DNA of 32,000 nucleotides from Candidatus Saccharimonadota bacterium (lineage in GTDB: Bacteria; Patescibacteriota; Patescibacteriia; 2-12-FULL-60-25): the NCBI GenBank assembly GCA_016699205.1, contig CP064964.1, positions 120,001 through 152,000 on the forward strand. Reading direction: 5' to 3'. Position numbers and translations under genes: made by a program. Position 1 is the stretch's first letter. The number at the start of each line of letters is the position of its first letter. Below, piece after piece: positions 7,637-16,284 of the stretch. A model generated the notes under the pieces. It saw only the letters and a program-made list of their open reading frames with translations. It had not been told where the DNA came from and made no database searches.

Positions 7637-10045
7637 TCAGAACAAATCGATCAGTTCAGATAAGCCAAAGGATACACTCGAAACAGCCCCTGTAACCGAG
7701 GCAATAAATATAATCACTCCCATGATCGCCGAAAGAACGGCTAAGCAGACCAGAATATCGAAACAAAGGATAACGCCGCACTCATAGGGATATCCGGCGC
7801 GTGGCGTAAACGGTAGGTCTCTTTTAAAAACCGTGAGTATGAGTCGGATATTCAAGTGCGCGACCGTGAGCAAAATACCAACAACATCCGCCGCACCGTG
7901 AACGGTGTCGAATGCGTCAACGAGGTTAGAAAACGTCTTTTTTGCCGTTTGAATTTTTTGCTTCTGACTCTCTGCTTGGTCAGCAGCGATTTGGCCGTTT
8001 TTCTGATTCTGCTGTTGTTGACCCTGCCGTTGGATGGCCTGAGCCGTGGCTTGCTGCAAAGCTGCGGCACGGGCTATTTCCTGTTGAGAGGGGCCCACGG
8101 GCGGACGAGGCCGCTCGGCTGGTGTCGAGATTGTTGCAGACTCACTTGAAGGCCTGTTTTCGATACCGGAATCAAAGCGCTCTGTCTGACGCGGCTCAGT
8201 CGACAAACTCTGATTGATCTCCGACATTCGTGAACGACCTTCTTCTTCACGAGCGCCGTAGATGTCAGCTGGCTCGTCTTCTTCATCATCAGCACCGGCG
8301 GCGTAGGTCTGGGTTTGGGCTTGCGGCGTGTCGAGTGGTCCGGAAAAGGGCGCAAGTCCTCCTTCTGTGGCAAGCGCTTCTTCAGACGAGTCGCTGAGCG
8401 TGCTGTCTTCATAAGCCTGTTGACCAGCGCCGCGATCATAGGCTTGATCGGCGTTGAAATCAGCTGCACGACGAGCTTGGCCGCCAAGCGTCGACAAGCT
8501 TCCGCCAAGCGGGCGGAGCGGTTTTGGCGAGCGAATGGCCGGATTTGCCGCGGATGCGGTTGGACGAGTCGGGATTCCGGGAGCGTAGGCTCTCGGTCGA
8601 GCAACTCTTGGGGGAGTAGGGAGCGCGGCTGAAGCGGCAGCGGCACCGCCTTGTTGCATTCGCGGAGCAACAGATGGCAGCCTCGGCAATAAACGCTGAA
8701 CCGCAAGAACTTTTGCTTCTGGAATTTCACCGCTCTTATCAGGGACAAGTTCTTCGACGGCTTTTACAATCAATGCTGCCTTATTGTTTTCGTTAATGGC
8801 CGTGACTTGAATGTCGGTTTGCTGATCGAGCAAGGATCGGCGCTCGCTTTGCGCCTGAACCATCTGCTGCTCGTAGACTACGGCCTGACCGCCATCGCCA
8901 CCTGCCAACGATTGACGAGATCGCTGCTGTAAATCGTTAATGCGATTGGAGACGTCGGAAATCTGATTAGATAATTCCTGGATTTGGTTTTGACGATTCG
9001 CCGCAGAATTTGCGTAAGTCGCCAATACATTTTGTGCAGCCGCGATGGCAGCGTTTGCTCCGGTATTTGTCGCCGGAATTGTTGCGGCGACGGCAGCTAC
9101 AGCGGCGACGGCTCCCTGCGCGACTGCGCCCGATGCAGCACGGGACTGTTGAAGCGCCTCGCGCGTTGCACGAATTGAGGTCTGCGATGAGGAGGGGATG
9201 GTCGCTGTCGTTTCAATCGTGGCCTCGACATCCAGCGGAGCGGTAACCGCCGGAATCGCAACATCAACATCGGTTAGGGCGATGGATTGGCCACTCGATG
9301 ATAGGTACTCGATTTGCGAAGGCTGTATGGACGAAAGCGTCGTTTCCAGCTGACGCAACACTTTTCCATCCGTATCGACGGACAAAGAAACCGTACGCTG
9401 ACCAGGCGGATCCTGAATCGTAATACGACCCTGCTCAAACGCGCGCTGAATTTGAGCGGTTTTATCTTGATCGATTTCTCCGCCTTGATCCTGAATGATG
9501 CGCGGCTCTTTTGAAGCGGATCTTGATCTTGCGCGAGAGGTAGATGGGGTCGCGAGAGGATTTCTTGAAAGATTCTGCGTGCTGCGCAGCATCTCCCCGG
9601 ATTTCATCCAGCGAGGACCCTCGGCGTCGCTAACGAGAACTTCATCGCTCTGTGCATCGTAGCCGATGACTTGAGCGGATTTTCCATCGAGAGCAACACT
9701 TTTACCAAAGTAGCCGCTTACGGCTTTGGAAAGATTCTTTTTGGTTTTGCGACCGGAAGCCAAATCACTTTCACGCTGGGCATCGAGAAGCGTTTTATAT
9801 TGCTCGTAGGGGATTTGGATGTTTTCAACGGTATCGCCGGATCGACGGACAGCACGGACGGTATTTCGCAAGCTGTCGTAGCCGATAATGGTGACGTTGC
9901 GCGTGGCTTTTGGACCAACGGTTAAAAACGTCCCAAAAGAGACGTCCTTACCGGGTTGGTCTGCCTCTGATGAATCATCGCTTTGCGGCGTTTCATCGAT
10001 TGGCTCCTCATCCGGAAGCGGCTGTACTTCTGCAGCATCCGCCAT
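7637..10045 (-). CDS. Large hypothetical protein: acidic N-terminus, two IGYD-containing repeats, Ala/Gln-rich coiled-coil-like and Pro-rich disordered core, C-terminal TM segments
   Basis: 802-aa uninterrupted ORF with no signal peptide. Repeats: FGTFLTVGPKATRNVTIIGYDSLRNTVRAV and YFGKSVALDGKSAQVIGYDAQSDEVLVSD. Heptad-like stretch NRQNQIQELSNQISDVSNRINDLQQRS. C-terminal hydrophobic stretches VVGILLTVAHLNIRLILTVF and GVILCFDILVCLAVLSAIMGVIIFIASVTGAV. No family recognised. Confidence 0.75.
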   Translation of the reverse strand: MADAAEVQPLPDEEPIDETPQSDDSSEADQPGKDVSFGTFLTVGPKATRNVTIIGYDSLRNTVRAVRRSGDTVENIQIPYEQYKTLLDAQRESDLASGRKTKKNLSKAVSGYFGKSVALDGKSAQVIGYDAQSDEVLVSDAEGPRWMKSGEMLRSTQNLSRNPLATPSTSRARSRSASKEPRIIQDQGGEIDQDKTAQIQRAFEQGRITIQDPPGQRTVSLSVDTDGKVLRQLETTLSSIQPSQIEYLSSSGQSIALTDVDVAIPAVTAPLDVEATIETTATIPSSSQTSIRATREALQQSRAASGAVAQGAVAAVAAVAATIPATNTGANAAIAAAQNVLATYANSAANRQNQIQELSNQISDVSNRINDLQQRSRQSLAGGDGGQAVVYEQQMVQAQSERRSLLDQQTDIQVTAINENNKAALIVKAVEELVPDKSGEIPEAKVLAVQRLLPRLPSVAPRMQQGGAAAASAALPTPPRVARPRAYAPGIPTRPTASAANPAIRSPKPLRPLGGSLSTLGGQARRAADFNADQAYDRGAGQQAYEDSTLSDSSEEALATEGGLAPFSGPLDTPQAQTQTYAAGADDEEDEPADIYGAREEEGRSRMSEINQSLSTEPRQTERFDSGIENRPSSESATISTPAERPRPPVGPSQQEIARAAALQQATAQAIQRQGQQQQNQKNGQIAADQAESQKQKIQTAKKTFSNLVDAFDTVHGAADVVGILLTVAHLNIRLILTVFKRDLPFTPRAGYPYECGVILCFDILVCLAVLSAIMGVIIFIASVTGAVSSVSFGLSELIDLF

Positions 10046-10051
10046 GTGCGG

Positions 10052-10060
10052 ATTCTATCA
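10052..10060 (-). promoter_or_regulatory. Extended -10 box TGATAGAAT, 6 nt upstream of the ATG of 7637..10045 (leaderless configuration); likely the operon promoter
   Basis: The minus strand reads TGATAGAAT-CCGCAC-ATG (ATG at 10045-10043). Confidence 0.5.
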
Positions 10061-10125
10061 CGGGCGGGGGACATTGACATTTCGGGTTTCTCATGACAGT
10101 TTCCTTTGGCACATTTGGAGGCGAT

Positions 10126-10677
10126 ATGAAGACGCTCATACTTGTCCGACACTGTCAGAGCGACTGGAACGCAATCAAGCGTCTAAGCGGCCAGGACGAC
10201 ACGGCGCGACTAAACGAGGAGGGGAAAGGTCAGGCTATCAAGCTCGGGATGCAGTTGCTTGCAGCCACGTCGGAGTTCTCACACATTGTGTGTTCGGATC
10301 TCGAGCGTGCGCAGCAGACAGCGCATTTTCTCCGTGAAGCACTCAATGTACCGATCCTGACCGAACCCCGCTTCCGCGAGGTCCATCTCGGCAGTCTTGA
10401 CGGCAAGACTCGCGAAGAGATTCTGTCGACAGATCGAGGCAGAGAGTTGCTCGACTCGCTACATAGGGCGTATGACTTCCGCGAATTCGGCGGCGAGTGT
10501 AGCGACACGGTGCTGGATCGGCACCTGAAAGCTGTCGAGGAGGCGCTAAAAAGCTGTCCGGATGGCTGCACAATGGTTGTGGTCGGACATGGCAGCTCGC
10601 TGCGGACACTGCTCCGACACTATCACCCCGATCGCGATCTACACGCACAAGGCGGTTACGACTCCGTTCTCATCTGA
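10126..10677 (+). CDS. Histidine phosphatase family protein (phosphoglycerate mutase-like)
   Basis: LILVRHCQSDWN (RHG-type catalytic His motif) and VVGHGSSLR (second His). I prefer ATG 10126, which is preceded by GGAGG at 10117-10121. The ORF track starts at ATG 10093. Confidence 0.85.
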   Translation: MKTLILVRHCQSDWNAIKRLSGQDDTARLNEEGKGQAIKLGMQLLAATSEFSHIVCSDLERAQQTAHFLREALNVPILTEPRFREVHLGSLDGKTREEILSTDRGRELLDSLHRAYDFREFGGECSDTVLDRHLKAVEEALKSCPDGCTMVVVGHGSSLRTLLRHYHPDRDLHAQGGYDSVLI

Positions 10678-10680
10678 ATA

Positions 10681-10710
10681 AGCCCGGTCCGATATATTTC
10701 GGACCGGGCT
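10681..10710. terminator. Perfect 11-bp hairpin between convergent genes (bidirectional terminator candidate)
   Basis: AGCCCGGTCCG-atatattt-CGGACCGGGCT. It lies 3 nt after the stop at 10677 and 6 nt before the minus-strand stop at 10717. No clear U tract on either side. Confidence 0.55.
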
Positions 10711-10716
10711 TGCTCG

Positions 10717-11517
10717 TTACGATACTTTTATTGTGTTCTTGGTTACCTTCAACGTTCCTTTTTTCTTGTTTGGATGCTCGATCAGCATTTCCGACAAAAG
10801 CGACATCACTTCACGCTCGACGATGCGCCGTGCGGCTCGAGCTCCTTCATCAGTCGAGAATTCGCGCTTCATGAGCCAGTCGAGGACGTCGTTGCCAGCG
10901 GAAAGCGCGACATCCTGAGCCTCTTTCACACGGCTCAAAATAATATCCAGTTCGCGTCGGACAATATTGCGCAAGGTTTCCGACTCAAGCGGTTTGAAGA
11001 CAACGATGCGATCGAGACGATTCAAAAGCTCGGGGCGGAATCGCTCTTTGAGCTGGGTGCGGACGAGGGATTCAAATCCGTCGGTAGAATCGCCAAAGCC
11101 GAGGGAAGAACGATTTAAATACTCTGCGCCGACATTGGAAGTGAGCACGATGTAGGCATGGCGGAAGGGGATATGGCGGCCTGTTCCGTCCGTGATTTTT
11201 CCATCTTCAAGCGCCTGCAAGAGCAGATGCTGGACATCAGGATGAGCTTTTTCGAATTCATCGAACAAGAGAACCGCGTGCGGATGTTTGCGGATCGTAT
11301 CGGCGAGGCGGTTGCCTTCACGGAAGCCAACATAACCAGCCGGAGAACCGAGTAACTTGGAAACAGAGTGACCTTCTGCAAATTCCGACATGTCGAGCTT
11401 CACTAAGGGCGTCTTCACGGCCAAACAACTCATGCGCGAGCGCTTTTGCGAGTTCGGTCTTACCGGTTCCGGAAGGACCGACGAACAAGAAGCTGGCACG
11501 CGGACGTTTTGGATCAC
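10717..11517 (-). CDS. clpC: ClpC/ClpB-type AAA+ chaperone, C-terminal fragment (real coding starts near 11406 after a frameshift)
   Basis: [44 protein letters not shown] (Walker B), GRHIPFRHAYIVLTSN, RPELLNRLD (sensor 2 region). It continues the NBD2 begun in 11318..13237. Confidence 0.9.
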   Translation of the reverse strand: MIQNVRVPASCSSVLPEPVRPNSQKRSRMSCLAVKTPLVKLDMSEFAEGHSVSKLLGSPAGYVGFREGNRLADTIRKHPHAVLLFDEFEKAHPDVQHLLLQALEDGKITDGTGRHIPFRHAYIVLTSNVGAEYLNRSSLGFGDSTDGFESLVRTQLKERFRPELLNRLDRIVVFKPLESETLRNIVRRELDIILSRVKEAQDVALSAGNDVLDWLMKREFSTDEGARAARRIVEREVMSLLSEMLIEHPNKKKGTLKVTKNTIKVS

Positions 11518-13237
11518 TCAAACCGAGACGGGATTTGCGTACCGTTTCAGCCACTTCTTTTACAACATGATTCTGGCCAAAGATTTTTTTGGCGAGATTA
11601 CCTTCCATTCCGCGCAGCTGCTCGCGCTCGGCCTTGATGACTGATTCGTATGGAACGCGGGCAAGACGAGCAACGATACGCGCTACGTGCTCAACGGTTA
11701 CAGTCGGACGATCTTGTTTGCGCGTTTCTGCCATCGATTTTTCAATACGGCGCTTTTCTGCAAGCAAGCGCTCTTCATTCTCAAGCGCTTGGGAAGCATC
11801 CGGCAGAGAACCGTCGACAACGGCTGCTTCTTTGGATTCGCGAAGGACATCGAGGGCGATTTCCAATGCGCGAAGACGCTCAACGGATTCACGCGAGCGG
11901 CGGCGGGCATTTACGTAAGCGGCGGCTTCATCAAGAACATCGATAGCCTTGTCCGGGAAAAATCGATCTGTGAGATAACGCTCTGATAAACGGATGGCAG
12001 CTTCAAGGGCATCCGGCGCATAACGGACGCCATGATGCTCTTCATAACGTGTTTTCAGGCCTTGGAGCATCTTCCCTGCGAGTTCTGCTGTCGGTTCCGG
12101 GACATCGACGGGCTGGAAGCGGCGCTCAAGTGCCGCGTCTGGTTCCAAGTGCTTTTTGAATTCATTCCAGGTTGTTGCACCGATACAGCGGATCTCCCCA
12201 CGAGCCAATGCAGGCTTTAGGATATTGGCCGCATCGAGAGAACCTGACGTTGATCCGGCACCAACTAGATTGTGGATTTCATCGATAAAAAGAATCGCTG
12301 TCGGATCAAGGCGCACTTCCTCAACAAGCTGCTTTAAGCGGGCTTCAAATTCACCACGATACATCGTACCGGCAACCATGAGAGCAAGGTCGATGGCGTA
12401 GACACGCTTACCCTGCAGAACATCCGGAACATCACCAGCTGCCAGGCGCTGTGCCAAGCCTTCGACAATCGCGGTCTTACCGACACCCGGCTCGCCGAGT
12501 AATATCGGATTATTTTTGGTGCGGCGGCAGAGAATTTCAATCACGCGGTCAGTTTCTGCATCGCGGCCGATCACAGGATCGAGATTTGCGACTGTGTCCG
12601 GAGCCGTGAGTTCCCGTGCAAAGATTTCAACCGCACGCGGACGTTTGTCGCGTGCGACGCGTCCATGCTGCGGTTGATTTGGAGCAGCATTCGGTGCCGA
12701 GTGAGCCGGAGGCGCCACCTCTGGATTCTCCCCAGAAGGGGGGAGACTCCCAACTTCTTCACGAGCAAGGAGGTCGGGGAAGCGCGAGGTGTTGCGCAAA
12801 ATATGCACGAGCTGCTCTTTAGCCAAATCCAAATTCATGCCATGCGATTCTAAAAACGTATGGACATCCGGAAGTGAGCTTTCGAGAAGCGACAAGAGAA
12901 GATGCTCGGTACCGACATAGCGATGCTCGTGGACATGTGCCATCAGAACACATTTCTCCAGAATGCGGCGGACCGCAGGGGAAAGATCAGGAGCAATCGG
13001 ACTACCTGGCTCATGCGGCTTTGGAAAGCCACGGAAGGCGGACTCGGCCTTCTTGGCGTCGACATTTGATTTATTCAAAAGTTCGGCAGCAATGGAACCA
13101 TGCTGCTGGAGCAAGCCGACTAAAAGATCACCCGGGTCGACGGCGTCGCGACCGCTGCCGATCGCAAACGCGAGCGCGTGCTGTAATGCCTCGCGCAGAT
13201 GTCCCGTAAAACGGGAGAGAAATTCATTGCCGAGCAT
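11318..13237 (-). CDS. clpC: ClpC/ClpB-type AAA+ chaperone, N-terminal fragment (Clp_N repeats, NBD1, short middle domain, start of NBD2)
   Basis: Clp_N repeats ([21 protein letters not shown]). NBD1 [24 protein letters not shown] and [11 protein letters not shown]2 Walker [28 protein letters not shown]. After ~11406 the translation becomes nonsense ([11 protein letters not shown]...), while the +1 frame continues correctly. Confidence 0.9.
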   Translation of the reverse strand: MLGNEFLSRFTGHLREALQHALAFAIGSGRDAVDPGDLLVGLLQQHGSIAAELLNKSNVDAKKAESAFRGFPKPHEPGSPIAPDLSPAVRRILEKCVLMAHVHEHRYVGTEHLLLSLLESSLPDVHTFLESHGMNLDLAKEQLVHILRNTSRFPDLLAREEVGSLPPSGENPEVAPPAHSAPNAAPNQPQHGRVARDKRPRAVEIFARELTAPDTVANLDPVIGRDAETDRVIEILCRRTKNNPILLGEPGVGKTAIVEGLAQRLAAGDVPDVLQGKRVYAIDLALMVAGTMYRGEFEARLKQLVEEVRLDPTAILFIDEIHNLVGAGSTSGSLDAANILKPALARGEIRCIGATTWNEFKKHLEPDAALERRFQPVDVPEPTAELAGKMLQGLKTRYEEHHGVRYAPDALEAAIRLSERYLTDRFFPDKAIDVLDEAAAYVNARRRSRESVERLRALEIALDVLRESKEAAVVDGSLPDASQALENEERLLAEKRRIEKSMAETRKQDRPTVTVEHVARIVARLARVPYESVIKAEREQLRGMEGNLAKKIFGQNHVVKEVAETVRKSRLGLSDPKRPRASFLFVGPSGTGKTELAKALAHELFGREDALSEARHVGICRRSLCFQVTRFSGWLCWLP

Positions 13238-13241
13238 AGGT

Positions 13242-14129
13242 TTAGCGGGCGTCCGCCATTAAACGCAGGCGGTTGATGCGGTCTTCAACAGGAGGATGGG
13301 TCGAAAATAGGGAAGCGAAGCGCTGGCGGGAACCGTAGGGATTTGCGATCCAGAGATGCGCTGTCGCATGGGAAGCGCGCTGCATTGGCTGGCTGTGAGC
13401 GGCAATTTTCTCGAGAGCGCGTGCGAGGCCTTCGGGATAGCGGGTGAGTAGGGCGCCGGAAGCGTCTGCCAAATATTCGCGCGAACGGCTGACGGCGAGT
13501 TTGATGATTTCTCCGATAATCGGCGACAAAATAAGAAAGGCGATACCAACGATAGCGAGAATTCCGCCTCCGCTATCGCGATTGCCGCGTCGACCAAGAA
13601 AACCAAAACGGAAGAATGAGTCGCCAAGAATCGTGAGCGCGCCAACGAGCACAGCAACAAGCATCATGAAACGCATGTCATAATTTTTTACATGCGAGAG
13701 TTCATGCGCTAACACGCCTTCCAGTTCTTCATTCTCGAGTAACGCGACAATACCTGTCGTCACGGCAACCGAGGCACGAGCCGGATCACGACCCGTGGCA
13801 AAGGCATTCGGCGATGGGTCATCGACGATGTAGAGCGCTGGCATTGGAACGCCGGCGGTGATTGAGAGGTTCTCCACCATGTTCCAGAGATACGTGTTTT
13901 GGTCGCGCGATTCAATGCGCTTGGCACCGGTCGATGCGAGAACGATTTTATCTCCCCAAAACCACGAGATCGCGGTCATGCCGAGGGAAACGATCAGCGC
14001 AAAACCTAGTCCGAAATATCCGGAGCCATTGAGATAGCCAAAAATGTAGCCTGCCGCCGCCAGGATTCCGATAAATACTGCGACGAGAAGGAAGCTTTTA
14101 CGGCGATTGGAAGCGATGTGGGAGTACAT
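13242..14129 (-). CDS. htpX: Zinc metalloprotease HtpX (M48 family)
   Basis: HELSHVKNYD (HExxH), four TM segments and a typical N-terminus MYSHIASNRRKSFLL. The 13 codons upstream in the ORF track (MLRRRTPRNDNHS) are read out of the palindromic repeat, so I treat them as a spurious extension. The stop is 4 nt before the clpC ATG. Confidence 0.88.
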   Translation of the reverse strand: MYSHIASNRRKSFLLVAVFIGILAAAGYIFGYLNGSGYFGLGFALIVSLGMTAISWFWGDKIVLASTGAKRIESRDQNTYLWNMVENLSITAGVPMPALYIVDDPSPNAFATGRDPARASVAVTTGIVALLENEELEGVLAHELSHVKNYDMRFMMLVAVLVGALTILGDSFFRFGFLGRRGNRDSGGGILAIVGIAFLILSPIIGEIIKLAVSRSREYLADASGALLTRYPEGLARALEKIAAHSQPMQRASHATAHLWIANPYGSRQRFASLFSTHPPVEDRINRLRLMADAR

Positions 14130-14138
14130 TGAATGATT

Positions 14139-14227
14139 GTCATTGCGAGGAGTCCGACGACGAAGCAATCTTGATCGATCGGGCTCAGGCTCAAGATCGC
14201 TTCGTCACTGCTGTTCCTCGCAATGAC
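14139..14227. repeat. Palindromic MITE/REP-like element, copy A (89 bp)
   Basis: TGTCATTGCGAGGA...TCCTCGCAATGACA are perfect 14-bp terminal inverted repeats, with an internal imperfect hairpin (GACGAAGCAATC / GATCGCTTCGTC). The left 32 nt are nearly identical to copy B at 27144. Confidence 0.85.
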
Positions 14228-14234
14228 AGAAGGG

Positions 14235-14786
14235 TTAAAACTTCACCTCAGGAACATTGCGCTCCGCTTCATTACCAATTTCGAAAAACTCACGCTTGAT
14301 AAAGCCAAGCATGCCGGCGATCATGTTGGTTGGGAAAACCTGAAGTTTGGTGTTGAAGTCGCGGACATTGCCGTTGTAGAAGCGGCGGGAAGCCTGAACT
14401 TTGTTTTCCGTGTCGGAAAGTTCGTCCTGCAATTTCAAGAAGTTGGTGTTGGCTTTCAAGTCCGGATAAGCCTCGGAGAGAGCAAAGATCGACTTAAGCG
14501 TGCTTGAGAGGGCGTTTTCTGCAACAGCTTTGTCATGCGGACCCTGGGCTGACATGGCTGAATTGCGTGCTTGAATGACTTTTTCAAGCGTTCCGGATTC
14601 GTGCGTGGCGTAGCCCTTTACCGTAGCGACGAGGTTCGGAATCAAGTCGTAGCGGCGCTTCAACTGGACATCGATATCCGACCACGCTTCATCAACCTGG
14701 TTCTTGAGCGTAATAAGACCGTTATAAGTCGCGATGAGCCAGGCAGCAACAACGGCGATAATGACCAAGAGTATCAACAGATACAT
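14235..14786 (-). CDS. lemA: LemA family membrane protein
   Basis: MYLLILLVIIAVVAAWLIATYNGLITLKNQVDEAWSDIDVQLKRRYDLIPNLVATVKGYATHE is the canonical LemA signature. I chose start ATG 14786 so that the TM is N-terminal. In-frame ATGs at 14843 and 14936 (ORF track) are alternatives. Confidence 0.85.
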   Translation of the reverse strand: MYLLILLVIIAVVAAWLIATYNGLITLKNQVDEAWSDIDVQLKRRYDLIPNLVATVKGYATHESGTLEKVIQARNSAMSAQGPHDKAVAENALSSTLKSIFALSEAYPDLKANTNFLKLQDELSDTENKVQASRRFYNGNVRDFNTKLQVFPTNMIAGMLGFIKREFFEIGNEAERNVPEVKF

Positions 14787-14916
14787 AGAAAAATGTCGAT
14801 TGTTAAGCGGAATTATTTGCCCTTTTGGGCCTAGGTAAAGCATATCAGATGCTGAGGTTCGGTCAATTTCCTTGGTTTGACCGTTCTCGACGCTCGTCGC
14901 ATGCTGTAGCTCATCT

Positions 14917-16284
14917 ATGAATGCGACGATTTTCAAAGCCTATGATATTCGCGGCCTCTCACCAGGAGAATTGGGTCCGGCAGAGGCTGGACGCATTGGG
15001 GCGGCTTTAGCACGCATCCATCGACCTAAGACCGTCGTGGTTGGACATGACATGCGCATAACCTCGCCGGAACTTGAAGAAACGCTCATACAAGGACTGA
15101 ATGCGCAGGGCGTGAATGTCGTACGTATCGGACTTTGTACAACGCCGATGTTTAATTTTGCGGTCGCAGAATCCAACGGCGAATATGATATGGGTGTCAT
15201 GGTTACTGCATCACACAATCCGGCGAAATATAATGGATTAAAAATCACAAAAGGCGATAACACGGCGATTGGGCAGGGGAGCGGCATGGAGGAATTGCGC
15301 GATCTCGCTTGTGGAGGTGAGCCGATTCCACAATCGAACATGCGCGGGACTGTCGAGAATGATGACGATCTGCTTGAGCGATACATCGAGGCGATCTGGT
15401 CGCGAAGCAAACTCGAGGGTGATTTATCGAGCTGGAAAATTGCGATCGATGCGGGGAATGGGATGGAGGGGTTGGTGCTGCCAAAGCTATCGAAGAAACT
15501 TGGCGCCGATGTTCATGAACTGTATTGGAAGCTTGATGGAAATTTTCCCAATCATGAAGCAAATCCGGTGAAGATCGAGACTCTCGCTGACTTACAGGAT
15601 GAAGTGAAGTCCAAAGGTTGCGTGTTAGGAGCGGCGTTTGATGGTGATGGCGATCGTGTTGGTTTTGTTGATGAGAAAGGCGAGGCGATTCCTGGAGATA
15701 TTCTGACCGCGCTTTTTGCGAAAGCCATTCTCTCTGAACAAAAGGGCGCAAAGGTTTTATATGACTTGCGATCGTCTAAGAGCGTCAAAGAAGTGATCGA
15801 AGAAGCGGGGGGAACGGCGGAAATGTGCAAAGTCGGTCACGCGGGCATCAAACGACAGATGCGTGAGACGGGTGCGGTGTTTGCAGGCGAACTCTCGATG
15901 CATTTTTACTTTGCGGAGTTTGCAAATTGTGAAGCTTCCGACTATGCGATGTTACTTCTCATCCGCCTGATGCTGCGCGAGGGAAAGCCGTTGTCGGAAA
16001 TCTGGAAACCGCTCGTGCGTTATGCGCATTCGGGCGAAATTAATTTCACGGTGAGCGACAGCAAAGCCGCGCTCGAAAAAGTCGCCTCACACTACACGCC
16101 TCACGCTACAAGTGTTTCCCATCTCGACGGCGTGCGCATCGACATGGGGGATTGGTGGTTTTCGTTGAGGGCGTCAAATACGGAGCCGTTGATTCGGTTG
16201 AATCTTGAGGCGAACACAAAAGAGATAATGGATAATAAACTTATTGAACTACGAACATGCTTGGCATCTTTGATTCAGGCGTAG
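14917..16284 (+). CDS. Phosphomannomutase / phosphoglucomutase (alpha-D-phosphohexomutase family)
   Basis: FKAYDIRG, VTASHNPAKYNGLK (active-site Ser loop), FDGDGDRV (Mg site), GELSMHFYF and RASNTEP. Confidence 0.92.
   Translation: MNATIFKAYDIRGLSPGELGPAEAGRIGAALARIHRPKTVVVGHDMRITSPELEETLIQGLNAQGVNVVRIGLCTTPMFNFAVAESNGEYDMGVMVTASHNPAKYNGLKITKGDNTAIGQGSGMEELRDLACGGEPIPQSNMRGTVENDDDLLERYIEAIWSRSKLEGDLSSWKIAIDAGNGMEGLVLPKLSKKLGADVHELYWKLDGNFPNHEANPVKIETLADLQDEVKSKGCVLGAAFDGDGDRVGFVDEKGEAIPGDILTALFAKAILSEQKGAKVLYDLRSSKSVKEVIEEAGGTAEMCKVGHAGIKRQMRETGAVFAGELSMHFYFAEFANCEASDYAMLLLIRLMLREGKPLSEIWKPLVRYAHSGEINFTVSDSKAALEKVASHYTPHATSVSHLDGVRIDMGDWWFSLRASNTEPLIRLNLEANTKEIMDNKLIELRTCLASLIQA

Noticed and set aside
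8000-9300. Possible DNA tandem repeats or a CRISPR-like array in the low-complexity part of the 802-aa gene
   Set aside because: The repetitiveness is at the amino-acid composition level (Ala/Gln/Pro/Ser-rich). I see no regular direct DNA repeats or spacer periodicity.
10074-10079. Consensus TTGACA upstream of the histidine phosphatase gene, as a -35 box
   Set aside because: No acceptable -10 hexamer lies 16-18 nt downstream (CAGTTT, ACAGTT). I cannot support a promoter call there.
14787-14936. The 50-codon N-terminal extension of LemA (start at 14936, preceded by TATCAT-N6-ATG)
   Set aside because: LemA proteins normally begin a few residues before the TM helix. The extension would overlap the divergent phosphomannomutase start. 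The -10-like match lacks the TG extension. It is kept only as an alternative start in the feature note.
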